NCBI GenBank assembly: GCA_016703535.1
Contig: JADJBV010000002.1
Span: 2,177,721-2,241,720 of the forward strand
Direction: 5' to 3'
Origin: Deltaproteobacteria bacterium
GTDB taxonomy: Bacteria; Myxococcota; Kuafuiibacteriia; Kuafuiibacteriales; Kuafuiibacteriaceae
DNA: 64,000 nt
Positions 7,582 through 16,150 of the stretch are shown here, in pieces. The notes beneath the pieces were generated by a model. It was not told where the DNA came from, did no database searches, and worked only from the letters and a program-made list of their open reading frames with translations. The position numbers and the translations under genes are program-made. Numbering within the stretch: the stretch's first letter is position 1; each line of letters starts with the position of its first letter.

Positions 7582-8979
7582 ATGACACACGATGTTGCAG
7601 ATCCGCGAAACACCATCGCGCTCCAGGCCGTGCACATCGCCTTCGGCTCTCTCGGGCGGGCCTGCCTCGCCCTCGACCGGAACTTTCGTATCGTTCACGC
7701 CTCACCCCTCCTCGATGAGCTCGGGGGTCAGGGGTCGGCGGATCGGCTGGTCGGCACCGACGTCGCGAGTCTGCTGGGGGCGGAGTTGTTCGGGCCCGGC
7801 GGCCGGATGCGGTCGGCCCTCGAGGGCGGCGAACGTCGGGAGGGTTGGCGAGCAACGCTGGCCACGCCGGATCGCCGACGTTTGGTTTCGCTGTCGGCCT
7901 GCCCCTTATTGCACCCTCCATCGGGTCCCTGCACGCCGGGCGTCGAATACCTGGTGGTGCTGCGCCCGGCCGAGGAGGAGCTGACGCTCCCGCAAGCGGG
8001 CCTGGGTTTGGTCGGGCGCTCCCGAGCGATGGATCGGGTCATCCGCCTCCTGGATATGCTGCGCCACAGCGAAGCGACGGTGCTGATCGAAGGAGAAAGC
8101 GGCACCGGCAAGGAGGTGTTGGCGCGGCTCATCCACGACCAGTCACCCCGCGGGCATGGTCCCTTCGTCCCGGTGGCGCCGGCCGCGCTGCCGGAGGATC
8201 TCCTGGAGAGTGAACTCTTCGGCCACGTCCGGGGTGCGTTCACCGGCGCACACAAAGACCGGGTCGGCAGGTTCGAGGTCGCGAACGACGGCACGATCTT
8301 CCTCGACGAACTCGGCGAACTCCCGCTCCACTTGCAGGTCAAGTTGCTGCGCGTACTCCAGGACCACACCTTCGAGCGGGTGGGAGAGAACACGCCGCGC
8401 CGGACCCAAGCCCGGATCATCGCCGCGACCAACCGCAACCTGAAGAAGGAGATCGCCGCGGGGCGCTTCCGTGAAGATCTCTACTACCGCCTGCGAGTGG
8501 TCCCCATCGAGGTCCCTCCTCTGCGCGCCCGGCGTGAGGACATCGAGCCCATCGCCCAGCTCCTGCTCTCCCGGGCCGGCGAACGCCTCGGTCGCTCCTT
8601 GCTCTTGGCCCCCGAGGTCCTGCGGATGCTTCTCTCCTATCCTTGGCCCGGCAACGTACGCGAACTGGAGAACGCCCTCGAATATGCCACGGTCGTTTGT
8701 CGCGGCCAGACGATCTCGCCCGAAGATCTGCCGCCGGAGGTCCAAAGCGGCGCCCTGGGAAGTCCGTCCCCGCCCGAACCTGCCCTGCCGCCGATGCCGG
8801 CCTCGAGTCCCGCTCGAGACGATGAACGTGACGCCCTGCTGAGCGCGCTGCAAGCCCACGGCTACCGGCGCGCCGAAGTGGCCGACGCGTTGGGCATGAG
8901 TCGGAGCACGCTCTGGCGCAAGATGAAACAACACGATCTCGCTCGAGCTCGTCCGCCTTCGTCACGCCGGGCCCGGTGA
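7582..8979 (+). CDS. Sigma-54-dependent transcriptional activator (bacterial enhancer-binding protein) with an N-terminal sensor domain
   Basis: AAA+ sigma54-interaction domain (ESGTGKEVLARLIHDQSPR...GAFTGA...ELGELPLHLQVKLLRVLQ...IIAATNRNL...FREDLYYRLRVVPIEVPPLRAR) and a C-terminal HTH (RRAEVADALGMSRSTLWRKM). An alternative start is at 7534. It is divergent from the sulfur operon with a ~100 bp gap. Confidence 0.8.
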   Translation: MTHDVADPRNTIALQAVHIAFGSLGRACLALDRNFRIVHASPLLDELGGQGSADRLVGTDVASLLGAELFGPGGRMRSALEGGERREGWRATLATPDRRRLVSLSACPLLHPPSGPCTPGVEYLVVLRPAEEELTLPQAGLGLVGRSRAMDRVIRLLDMLRHSEATVLIEGESGTGKEVLARLIHDQSPRGHGPFVPVAPAALPEDLLESELFGHVRGAFTGAHKDRVGRFEVANDGTIFLDELGELPLHLQVKLLRVLQDHTFERVGENTPRRTQARIIAATNRNLKKEIAAGRFREDLYYRLRVVPIEVPPLRARREDIEPIAQLLLSRAGERLGRSLLLAPEVLRMLLSYPWPGNVRELENALEYATVVCRGQTISPEDLPPEVQSGALGSPSPPEPALPPMPASSPARDDERDALLSALQAHGYRRAEVADALGMSRSTLWRKMKQHDLARARPPSSRRAR

Positions 8980-8981
8980 GT

Positions 8982-10298
8982 TTAGTCGTGGGTCTCGAAG
9001 ATGAAGGGGTAGGTCACCACCACCACACCGCCGCCTTTGGGGGCGGGGAACTTGAGGGAACGCATCACTTGGGTCAGGCAGGACTCGACCTTGTTGTTGC
9101 CGAGGCTGGTCTCTTTTAGGCTCGCGTCGGCGACGGCGCCGTTGGGGGCGATGGTGAAGTAGACCGCTGCTTTGCCGGCCAGGTTGGGATCGGCTTGGAG
9201 CTCCTTTTCGTAGCAGAACTTGAAGCGGGGCAGGGCGCTCCGTATCACCCGGGCGATCTCGTCTTTGCTGAGGCCGTCGCCCATCTGGATCGGTCGACCG
9301 CCGCCGCGAATGGCGGGGCCCCGCTTTTGGCCGGGGAGCCCCACGTCGATGCCCACGCCCGGGCCCGAGCCGGGGCCTCGCCCGACGCCGCCGATGCCCA
9401 AGGAACCTCCACCACCTCCGGCTTGGTGACCGCGGCTGCCCATGCCCCCGAAGCCGCCCGCGTCGGTGAGCTCTTGGCCGCGCAGTCCGCCCATGGCCAG
9501 GTTGAGGCCGGTGCCGAGGCCTCCCGATCCCAGGACGGTGGCGGCGGCGTTGCCCGGTAGAGACGCCAAGATGCCCAGCAGGCCGGCGCTTTTTGCGATC
9601 TTCGTGTTGGCGGCGACGGTGCTGGGATCGACCCGGGGTGCGCCGCGGTTTTTGGAGGGGGCGGCGTCTTTGAGGGGCGCCTTTTTCCCGAGGCGTCCTT
9701 CCTTGCCAGGCTGGCCTCCGGCGGACTTTTTGGGGGCCGGAGGCTCCTTCTGGAGTTGCACCATCCTCACGTGCCCTCGGCTCCTCCACAACTCCTCGAT
9801 CGTCCGGGCGGACCTCGGCGTGATCCAGGCGGTGGCGATCAAGAAGGCGTGCACCAACATCGAGATCGCGAACAAACGCGCCATCGGCCAGTCGGTGAAC
9901 GCGGCGGCCCGGCCGCGGGTGGCGTGCCCTTCGACCATCGCGAAGTGGTACCCGAGCCCCTCGAAGTTGTAGCTCAGGCTCTGTTTCGGGCCCAAGGTCT
10001 GGACCCGCTCGTGGCTCAGTCGTTCGGTCCGCCGCGGATCCTCCCGGTGGAGTTCGGCGCCGGCCGGTACGGAGATCTTGGCCCCGCCCGAAAACCGGTC
10101 GGCCAAAACTCGGGCCTCACTTTGCCCGGGGATCTGCAAGTTGCCTTGCAAACTCCCCAAGGTGATCGGCCCCAGGTGTTCGAGTTGGGCGGCGTCGAGC
10201 CGACCGTCGCCCCAAGTGATGGAGACAAAAAGGGCTTGCTGATCATCGGCGGGGGTGGCGCCGCGAGGGGCGAGGGGTCGGCGGAAGGGACGAGTCAT
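8982..10298 (-). CDS. AgmX/PglI-like membrane protein: N-terminal cytoplasmic domain, one TM helix, Gly-rich linker, TonB-C-like C-terminal domain
   Basis: 438 aa. A TM segment (LFAISMLVHAFLIATAWI) is followed by a long Gly-rich region (GGFGGMGSRGHQAGGGGGSLGIGGVGRGPGSGPG). The C-terminal ~90 aa (SKDEIARVIRSALPRFKFCYEKEL...VVVVTYPFIF) resembles the myxobacterial gliding-motility AgmX/PglI / TonB C-terminal fold. Confidence 0.55.
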   Translation of the reverse strand: MTRPFRRPLAPRGATPADDQQALFVSITWGDGRLDAAQLEHLGPITLGSLQGNLQIPGQSEARVLADRFSGGAKISVPAGAELHREDPRRTERLSHERVQTLGPKQSLSYNFEGLGYHFAMVEGHATRGRAAAFTDWPMARLFAISMLVHAFLIATAWITPRSARTIEELWRSRGHVRMVQLQKEPPAPKKSAGGQPGKEGRLGKKAPLKDAAPSKNRGAPRVDPSTVAANTKIAKSAGLLGILASLPGNAAATVLGSGGLGTGLNLAMGGLRGQELTDAGGFGGMGSRGHQAGGGGGSLGIGGVGRGPGSGPGVGIDVGLPGQKRGPAIRGGGRPIQMGDGLSKDEIARVIRSALPRFKFCYEKELQADPNLAGKAAVYFTIAPNGAVADASLKETSLGNNKVESCLTQVMRSLKFPAPKGGGVVVVTYPFIFETHD

Positions 10299-10367
10299 GA
10301 TGAGAACCTCTGTCCCTCGGACAACGAGGCTCCGGCCCGGTTCCCACTTCCGCCGACCGTCGTAGCG

Positions 10368-10841
10368 TCAACTCCGCATTCGTAAGGCCTGGCGCCGTTG
10401 GTTCACCTCGTCGCTGAGGTTGCGCCGCTGGGAACGGAGCTCGTCGCCGGTGAGTTGCCCGTCGCCGTTTTGATCCAGCTTGGCCAAGAGGTCCTCGACC
10501 GAAACGGTCTGGCCGCTGCGTTCGCTGGCGTGTTGCGCCATGGCCTGCAAGGCCTCTTGCGACAGGGCTGTGCCTTCCCCTGGGCCCATGAACTGGGACT
10601 GGCCAAAGGGCGGCGGGGGTGGGCGTCCCTTGGCCAACTCCTGCTGGGAAACTTTTCCATCACCATCGGTGTCCAACTTTTGCTTGAGCTCGGCGACCGA
10701 CACCGACTGCCCGGTCCGCTCCGAGATCTTCTGGGCGAAGGCCGACAACTTCTGATCATCCAGCTTCCCGTCGCCGCTGCTGTCCAACCTTTGGAACATC
10801 CGGTCGCCCCCCGGCGGGGCCCCAATTCGACTTGTGCTCAT
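10368..10841 (-). CDS. EF-hand calcium-binding protein (three EF-hand loops)
   Basis: DSSGDGKLDDQKL, DTDGDGKVSQQEL and DQNGDGQLTGDEL each match the 12-residue EF-hand loop consensus DxDxDGxIxxxE. The start may instead be MFQRL at 10799. Confidence 0.7.
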   Translation of the reverse strand: MSTSRIGAPPGGDRMFQRLDSSGDGKLDDQKLSAFAQKISERTGQSVSVAELKQKLDTDGDGKVSQQELAKGRPPPPPFGQSQFMGPGEGTALSQEALQAMAQHASERSGQTVSVEDLLAKLDQNGDGQLTGDELRSQRRNLSDEVNQRRQALRMRS

Positions 10842-11039
10842 GACTACGCTCCTTCCTGTGAACGTGAACTCGGCCCTTCCGAGTTCGTTGTGCAGGTATC
10901 GGGCGCGGCGGGCAGGAGTCCGTTGCGTTGGGTAACGGAAGGCGGGGCCCTTAACAAACCTTTACAGTCCCGCAAGGGGCCCGAAAGGCTCCTTGGCGCT
11001 GGCTCCTGAATACTGAGCACTCGAGGTCTCCGCCGAAAC

Positions 11040-11699
11040 ATGCACAACGCCGGTCCCATCTTCGTGCTCACCTCCAACTCCACCGGGCAGGCTCACGCCG
11101 CCGCACTTTTGGCCGAGGGCTACGAGGCCCGGGCCGTCGACCCCAGCCGCTTCCACCTGCCCGCGATCTTGGACGCCCGCCCTCGAGCGGTGGTGCTCGA
11201 AGGTGATCCCGATGGCCTCGAGCAATGCCGCGCCCTCCGGGCCCACTACCCAGGCGGCATCGTGCTGCAGCTCCCGACCCGGGCCCCGGCCCACGAGGTC
11301 GAGGCGATCGACGCCGGCGCCGACGACGTCATCGAGGCCACCGATCCCGAGGTCTTGTTGGTGGCCAAGGTCCGGCGCCTCTTTCGTCGCAGCGAACCTC
11401 AACCTGGCCCCGCGCCGCGCCTCGAGCTCGATCGAAACGAACGGCGCGCCCGTTATGAGGGTCATGAGCTGGACCTGACCGATCACGAACTCGACATCTT
11501 GGCGGCTTTGGTCGATCGCGGTGGCGAGGTCGTGACCCGCCAGGAGCTCTACTTGACCGTGCGCGGCACCGAATACGACGGATTGGAGCGGGGCATCGAC
11601 GTCCACGTCTCGCGCATCCGCGCCAAGCTCAAAGCCGCCGGGGTCGACGGGCGGGCGATCAAGGCCATCCGGGGCGCCGGCTACGCCTGGGTCGGCTGA
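11040..11699 (+). CDS. OmpR/PhoB-family winged-helix transcriptional regulator with a degenerate (pseudo-) receiver domain
   Basis: The C-terminal winged helix is clear (LDLTDHELDILAALVDRGGEVVTRQELY...IDVHVSRIRAKL...IKAIRGAGYAWV). The N-terminal ~110 aa has a receiver-like fold but lacks the acidic DD pocket and an obvious phospho-acceptor Asp/Lys context. Confidence 0.65.
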   Translation: MHNAGPIFVLTSNSTGQAHAAALLAEGYEARAVDPSRFHLPAILDARPRAVVLEGDPDGLEQCRALRAHYPGGIVLQLPTRAPAHEVEAIDAGADDVIEATDPEVLLVAKVRRLFRRSEPQPGPAPRLELDRNERRARYEGHELDLTDHELDILAALVDRGGEVVTRQELYLTVRGTEYDGLERGIDVHVSRIRAKLKAAGVDGRAIKAIRGAGYAWVG

Positions 11700-11864
11700 G
11701 TTCGACGCTCCGCTGACCGAAGGCTCGGGATCCCCAGAACCTGGTCCCGGGCACAGCCGAGCCTCGAACCTCTCAAGGATCTCGGGATCTTCGCGGGTGG
11801 ATCCAGATCCCTTACACGCCCCTACCCAGAAACATCGCCGGGCCGCTGCCGAGAACCAGCGCCG

Positions 11865-12389
11865 GTGGAGTCGAGTTCCCCGAAAAAAGCCCGAGGTCCC
11901 CTGGAGCGGGCCCTGATCGGCCGCCTGTCGTCGGACGGCGCGGGGGGATATCGGCTGGCGGAGCACGAGTGGCCCGGGTTGCGGCGGCTCTTGGACCAGA
12001 CTTTGGCCGGGCCCGACGCTTGGAGCGCGATCCGTCGTTGGCTTCAGCTGTCGGTGGCGATGGACGGGGCCTTGGCCTCACCCGAAGTGGGCCAGCGGAT
12101 GCGGCAACTCCTCCGAGAGGCGCCTGGGGGTGTGGCCCTGGTCCGCCGGCACCTGCTCAAGGTCGGCGCCATCGACGACGTCCGGGCCTTCTTGAAGAGT
12201 GAGGCCCGCAGCCAAACACCGACCGCGCCGATGCTCGATCGGCGACCGCCTCGGAACACCGTGCGCCTCTCTGAATTTTTGGATCTCGCGGGCGGGCAAG
12301 GCGTGCCCCGGGTCATTCGACGTGACCCAACCCGATGGCCGAGCCAGGACGGCTCGGAGAAAGACAGGATGTCATGGCCGAGGGAGTAG
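11865..12389 (+). CDS. Hypothetical protein with no recognisable domain
   Basis: 174-codon ORF with GC-rich third positions. It overlaps the next ORF by ~55 nt and the true end or start is uncertain. No motif was recognised. Confidence 0.35.
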   Translation: MESSSPKKARGPLERALIGRLSSDGAGGYRLAEHEWPGLRRLLDQTLAGPDAWSAIRRWLQLSVAMDGALASPEVGQRMRQLLREAPGGVALVRRHLLKVGAIDDVRAFLKSEARSQTPTAPMLDRRPPRNTVRLSEFLDLAGGQGVPRVIRRDPTRWPSQDGSEKDRMSWPRE

Positions 12390-13702
12390 GGCTGGGAGAC
12401 AACGATCGGACTCGGGTTGGGAGCGTCGAGGCCAAGGCCGAAACGCCAGCGGTGGACGCCGCTGACGCCGACCGGATCTCAGCCGCGGCTGACGCGGTGC
12501 CGACCGAAAGCTTGACCAAAGCGGGGCTCGACGTCGCGGGCGGTGAACTTGCGGTCGATGGCATGGATGGGATGCAAAATGACGATCCCGCCAAACGCGC
12601 CGCCGAAAATCCGGCCGGGATCTTGGCCGATCCGACGAAGACGCCGGAGCAGCTGGGGGCCCACCTCCGGGGCCTGAGCACCGCGGAGCTCACCAACACC
12701 GTGAAGGGCATCGACACCCCGGAGCTGGGATATGGCGCCAACGTTCGGCCTGAAGGCTGGAAGGCGCTGAGCACCGAGGTCGATCGCCGGTTTGGTGAGG
12801 CGCTGCGGAATCAAGTGGGCAATCAGGACCTGGCCAACCTGTCCCAAGAGTCGGTGCGTCAACCTGGCTTGCAAAAGAGCTGGAACGAAAAGACCTGGCG
12901 CGAAGTGTCCGGATTCCAGGATCAGTACGCCCCCGAAAACCAGCAGTTTCATCGGACCTTGCAGCACACCACCCAAATGCGGAACGCCATCGTCAACGGC
13001 GGCCTGCGCCCGGCTGACATGACGAACGGTGAGCTGCTGAAGAAGGTCGGCGAGATCCCGGGGATGCGGACCGCCAGCGACGTGATGAGTTTGGCCGGTA
13101 TCCCAGGGATGTTGGCGTCGATGGCCGGCGAAGGAAAGATCCAGGATCGGCTGGACGAACTCGGCAAGCGGATGCAGGACGGCCGTTTGCCGGCGATGAA
13201 CGCGGACACAGGAGAAGGCAGCCCCGAAGCTCGGGCCGCCGGGACTGCCATCGGCGTGGCCCAGCTGGCCTCTGCCCTCAACCCTCGCAACCTGTTGAGC
13301 AAAGGGCTTGGCTCCTTGTTTGGTGGCGGCGCCAGGATGACCGCCTCCGAAGCGCGGATCAGCGGCGTGTTGCGGGAGGCTGCCACTCGCAAAGGCAACT
13401 TCGGACTTGGCACCTTGACCCGCAGCGAGGCGTTGCAGGCCGGCGAAGCTTGGGTGGGCCCGGGTTTCATCAAGTCGATCGGTCAAGGCGGCGAGACGAT
13501 CTTGACCAGCGCCGACGGGCTTCGTCGTTATCGCGACTTCATGCCGAAGAGTGGTCAGTTCCCCGGCGTGCAGGCCAACCTGGAGTCACTCCAGCTGGGC
13601 CAGGCCTTCACTGGGCTGCAACGTTCGCGCAACTGGTCGGTGAATGGGCACATCACCTTGCAGCCCGATCCCACGTTGTTTCAGCGGCTCTGGCCTTTCT
13701 GA
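12335..13702 (+). CDS. Hypothetical 455-aa protein with no recognisable domain
   Basis: Long ORF without a signal peptide or TM segment. It is rich in Gly/Ala/Leu, and nothing matches a family I know. An alternative start is at 12374 (MAEGVGL). Confidence 0.5.
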   Translation: MAEPGRLGERQDVMAEGVGLGDNDRTRVGSVEAKAETPAVDAADADRISAAADAVPTESLTKAGLDVAGGELAVDGMDGMQNDDPAKRAAENPAGILADPTKTPEQLGAHLRGLSTAELTNTVKGIDTPELGYGANVRPEGWKALSTEVDRRFGEALRNQVGNQDLANLSQESVRQPGLQKSWNEKTWREVSGFQDQYAPENQQFHRTLQHTTQMRNAIVNGGLRPADMTNGELLKKVGEIPGMRTASDVMSLAGIPGMLASMAGEGKIQDRLDELGKRMQDGRLPAMNADTGEGSPEARAAGTAIGVAQLASALNPRNLLSKGLGSLFGGGARMTASEARISGVLREAATRKGNFGLGTLTRSEALQAGEAWVGPGFIKSIGQGGETILTSADGLRRYRDFMPKSGQFPGVQANLESLQLGQAFTGLQRSRNWSVNGHITLQPDPTLFQRLWPF

Positions 13703-13954
13703 TCCTGTCGTTCACCACGGATCTTCGGGTGGGGGGCTTGCATCTTGGGGTGCGGCTCCTTTAGTTTGATCACGTGCGAGCCGCGCTCTTCACAACCGCG
13801 ACGACTACCGCCATGGGCGGCTGGGTCGTCGTGGGCACGCGGGCTCGCTAGTCAGCCAACTCCGCTAACCTTCACCCCCAACCCGCCCGGCGATCGCACG
13901 GGGCGGGTGGAGTTTGGCTGTACCCTACGATCGTCGGGCCCACTGGAGTTTCCG

Positions 13955-15157
13955 ATGTTCGATCATGAAGATCACCGAGAGCTGGCCAAGCGGCTGGATC
14001 TATTTCACTTCGAAGAGGTCGCGCCGGGCATGGTGTTTTGGCACCCCCGGGGCTGGGCCGTTTACCGCCGGCTGGAAGAGATCGTGCGGCGGAGATCCCA
14101 ACGAGAGTTGTTCGAGGAGGTCCGGACGCCCCAGCTCTTGCGCCGGGCGGTCTGGGAAGAGAGCGGCCACTGGCAACACTTCAAGGAGGGGATGTTCGCC
14201 CTCCTGGACGGCGCCGAAGACGCCGCGGTGAAGCCGGTGAGTTGCCCCGGCCACGCGCACCTGGTGCGTCGAAGGGCTCCGGGGTATCGGGCCCTGCCGA
14301 TCCGCATCTTCGAGCTGGGCCTGGTGCACCGAGACGAGCCGAGCGGCGCGTTGCAAGGCCTCTTGCGCTTGCGACAGTTCACGCAGGATGACGGCCACGT
14401 GTTCTGCCGGCCCGAACAAGCCGAAGCCGAACTCTTGCGGTTTTTGAGTGGAGTGGCCCCGTTTTATCAGGCCTTCGGCTTCGAGAAGGTCCGCTTCGCG
14501 CTTTCTTTGCGGCCCGAGTCCCGGGCCGGCGCCGAGGCCGCCTGGGATTGGGCCGAAGGTGTGTTGAGCAAGGTGCTCGACGGCCTCGGCCACGGCTTTT
14601 CGGTGCAGCCGGGTGGTGGCGCCTTTTACGGCCCGAAGGTGGAGGTGGTGTTGTCCGATCGGCTGGGTCGGGAGTGGCAATGTGGCACGATCCAGCTGGA
14701 CGTGGTGCCCGAGCGTTTTGGTCTGGAGTATGTGGAGGCCGACGGGAGCCGAAAGCCGCCGGTGATGTTGCACCAGGCCCTCTTCGGATCGCTGGAGCGA
14801 TTTATCGCCATGGTCCTCGAGCAACACGGGGCACGGCTGCCAGCGTGGCTTTCGCCCGAGGCGGTGGTGCTCCTCCCCATTGGCCCCGAGGCCGCCGGGC
14901 AGGTGTCCCGCTGGGCCGCGGACCTCCGGGATCAGGGCGTGGCCGCGGCGGTCGACGCGAGGGAGGAGTCCTTGTCCCGACGGATCGCCGAGGCCCACGA
15001 TCGGGGCGTCTCCGAGGTTTGGGTGGTCGGTCCCGCCGAGCTCGCCGCGGGTATGGTCTCCCGGCGCCGGGCCGGTGCCTCCGAGGTACGCCCCTTCGCC
15101 GAGTTGGCACCCGAGCTCATCGAACGTTGTCGACCCCCCGCGGTGGTCTACGGCTGA
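13955..15157 (+). CDS. Threonyl-tRNA synthetase paralog with a class-II catalytic core and anticodon-binding domain only. The N-terminal TGS and editing domains are absent.
   Basis: The start MFDHEDHRELAKRLDLFHF..APGMVFWHPRGW aligns with the start of the ThrRS catalytic domain (E. coli DHRKIGKQLDLYH..APGMVFWH). ThrRS-specific zinc ligands and motifs are present: VSCPGH, motif 2 HRDEPSGALQGLLRLRQFTQDDGHVF, HQALFGSLERF and motif 3 GGAFYGPKVE. The C-terminal anticodon-binding domain is present. The track ORF 13745..15157 carries an upstream 70-aa junk extension. Confidence 0.8.
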   Translation: MFDHEDHRELAKRLDLFHFEEVAPGMVFWHPRGWAVYRRLEEIVRRRSQRELFEEVRTPQLLRRAVWEESGHWQHFKEGMFALLDGAEDAAVKPVSCPGHAHLVRRRAPGYRALPIRIFELGLVHRDEPSGALQGLLRLRQFTQDDGHVFCRPEQAEAELLRFLSGVAPFYQAFGFEKVRFALSLRPESRAGAEAAWDWAEGVLSKVLDGLGHGFSVQPGGGAFYGPKVEVVLSDRLGREWQCGTIQLDVVPERFGLEYVEADGSRKPPVMLHQALFGSLERFIAMVLEQHGARLPAWLSPEAVVLLPIGPEAAGQVSRWAADLRDQGVAAAVDAREESLSRRIAEAHDRGVSEVWVVGPAELAAGMVSRRRAGASEVRPFAELAPELIERCRPPAVVYG

Positions 15158-15160
15158 GGT

Positions 15161-15763
15161 TCAGGGCGCGCCCAAAAACGGGCCCTGGGGTTGGTACTCG
15201 AGGCGAGCGGCACCTTTGGCCGCCGCCTCGGGTCCAGCGATCCGCCGCACCAGGTGGAGGGCCAGATCGATCCCCGAGATCACACCGCCGGCGGTCACCA
15301 AGTTGCCATCGTCGACAACCCGTTCCCGCACCACCACCGCCCCACTTTCGGCGAGAGCCGACAGCGCCACGTGGTGGCTCACCGCCCGCCGCCCCTTGGT
15401 GATGCCCGCCGCCGCCAAGATCATGCTCCCGGTGCACACCGAAGCCATACTTTTGCCCGCCGCCGACAACTCAGCGAGTCGCGCGGGCAACACCCCTCGT
15501 TGAATCTCCGCCCAAGCCCCCACCGGTCCCCGAGCCGCCCAAGCCCCCCCCGGCACCACCACCCAGTCCCAAGAATCGTCGAGCACCCCGGTCGCCTCCA
15601 AGCTCAACCCATGGGTCGCGGTAAACCGCAGTTGCCCATCGAAGGAGACCAACTCGGTGTGAAGCGCCGCGCCCGCCAACTCCGCGGCCCGCAACACTTC
15701 AAACGGCTCCACCACATCCAGCTCATCGAAGCCCTGAAACAACGGGATCGCCAAACGGATCAT
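15161..15763 (-). CDS. DJ-1/PfpI (ThiJ) family protein
   Basis: Start at MIRLAIPLFQGFDELDVVEPFEVL. Nucleophile-elbow context ASVCTGSMILAAAGI. About 200 aa, typical for the family. Confidence 0.8.
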   Translation of the reverse strand: MIRLAIPLFQGFDELDVVEPFEVLRAAELAGAALHTELVSFDGQLRFTATHGLSLEATGVLDDSWDWVVVPGGAWAARGPVGAWAEIQRGVLPARLAELSAAGKSMASVCTGSMILAAAGITKGRRAVSHHVALSALAESGAVVVRERVVDDGNLVTAGGVISGIDLALHLVRRIAGPEAAAKGAARLEYQPQGPFLGAP

Positions 15764-15849
15764 GCCGCCCCTCCTAAAGCCCAAGCCCCCACCAGTCCAG
15801 CCCCAGGTCCTCCCGCCCACCTCCCGCAGCCCCAAGCCTCATCCTCACG

Positions 15850-16135
15850 CCCGCAGCCTCACGCCTCAGCCCGACGCCTCAGCCCGACGCCTCAGCCTCA
15901 CGCCAAGCCCGACGCCTCACCCTCACGCCAACGCCTCAGCCCCCCGCCTCATCCTCAAGCCTCAGCGACACGCCTCATCCTCAAGCCTCAGCGACACGCC
16001 TCAGCCCCCCGCCTCATCCTCAAGCCTCAGCGACACGCCTCAGCCCCCCGCCTCAGCGACACGCCTCAGCCCCCCGCCTCAGCGACACGCCTCAGCCCCC
16101 CACCTCAGCCCCCGCCTCAGCCCCCCACCTCCCAC
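15850..16135. repeat. Tandem repeat array A: degenerate 13-nt period (CGCCTCAGCCCCC / CGCCTCAGCGACA) with a 26-nt super-unit GCCTCATCCTCAAGCCTCAGCGACAC in 3 copies
   Basis: Seen directly in the sequence. About 20 units with a C-rich plus strand. The G-rich minus strand has G5-6 runs spaced by CTGAGGC, which gives G-quadruplex potential. The region is non-coding and lies upstream of the DJ-1 gene. Confidence 0.7.
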
Positions 16136-16150
16136 GCTCGCAGCTTCGGC

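Noticed and set aside
8143-8979. Minus-strand ORFs inside the sigma54 activator gene (8143..8934, 8417..8965)
   Set aside because: Shadow ORFs. The plus-strand frame has a complete AAA+ sigma54 domain and HTH.
13703-13954. T-box riboswitch or thrS-type operator/leader upstream of the ThrRS paralog
   Set aside because: No AGGGUGGNACCGCG T-box sequence or specifier/antiterminator arrangement was recognisable. There are only generic GC hairpins.
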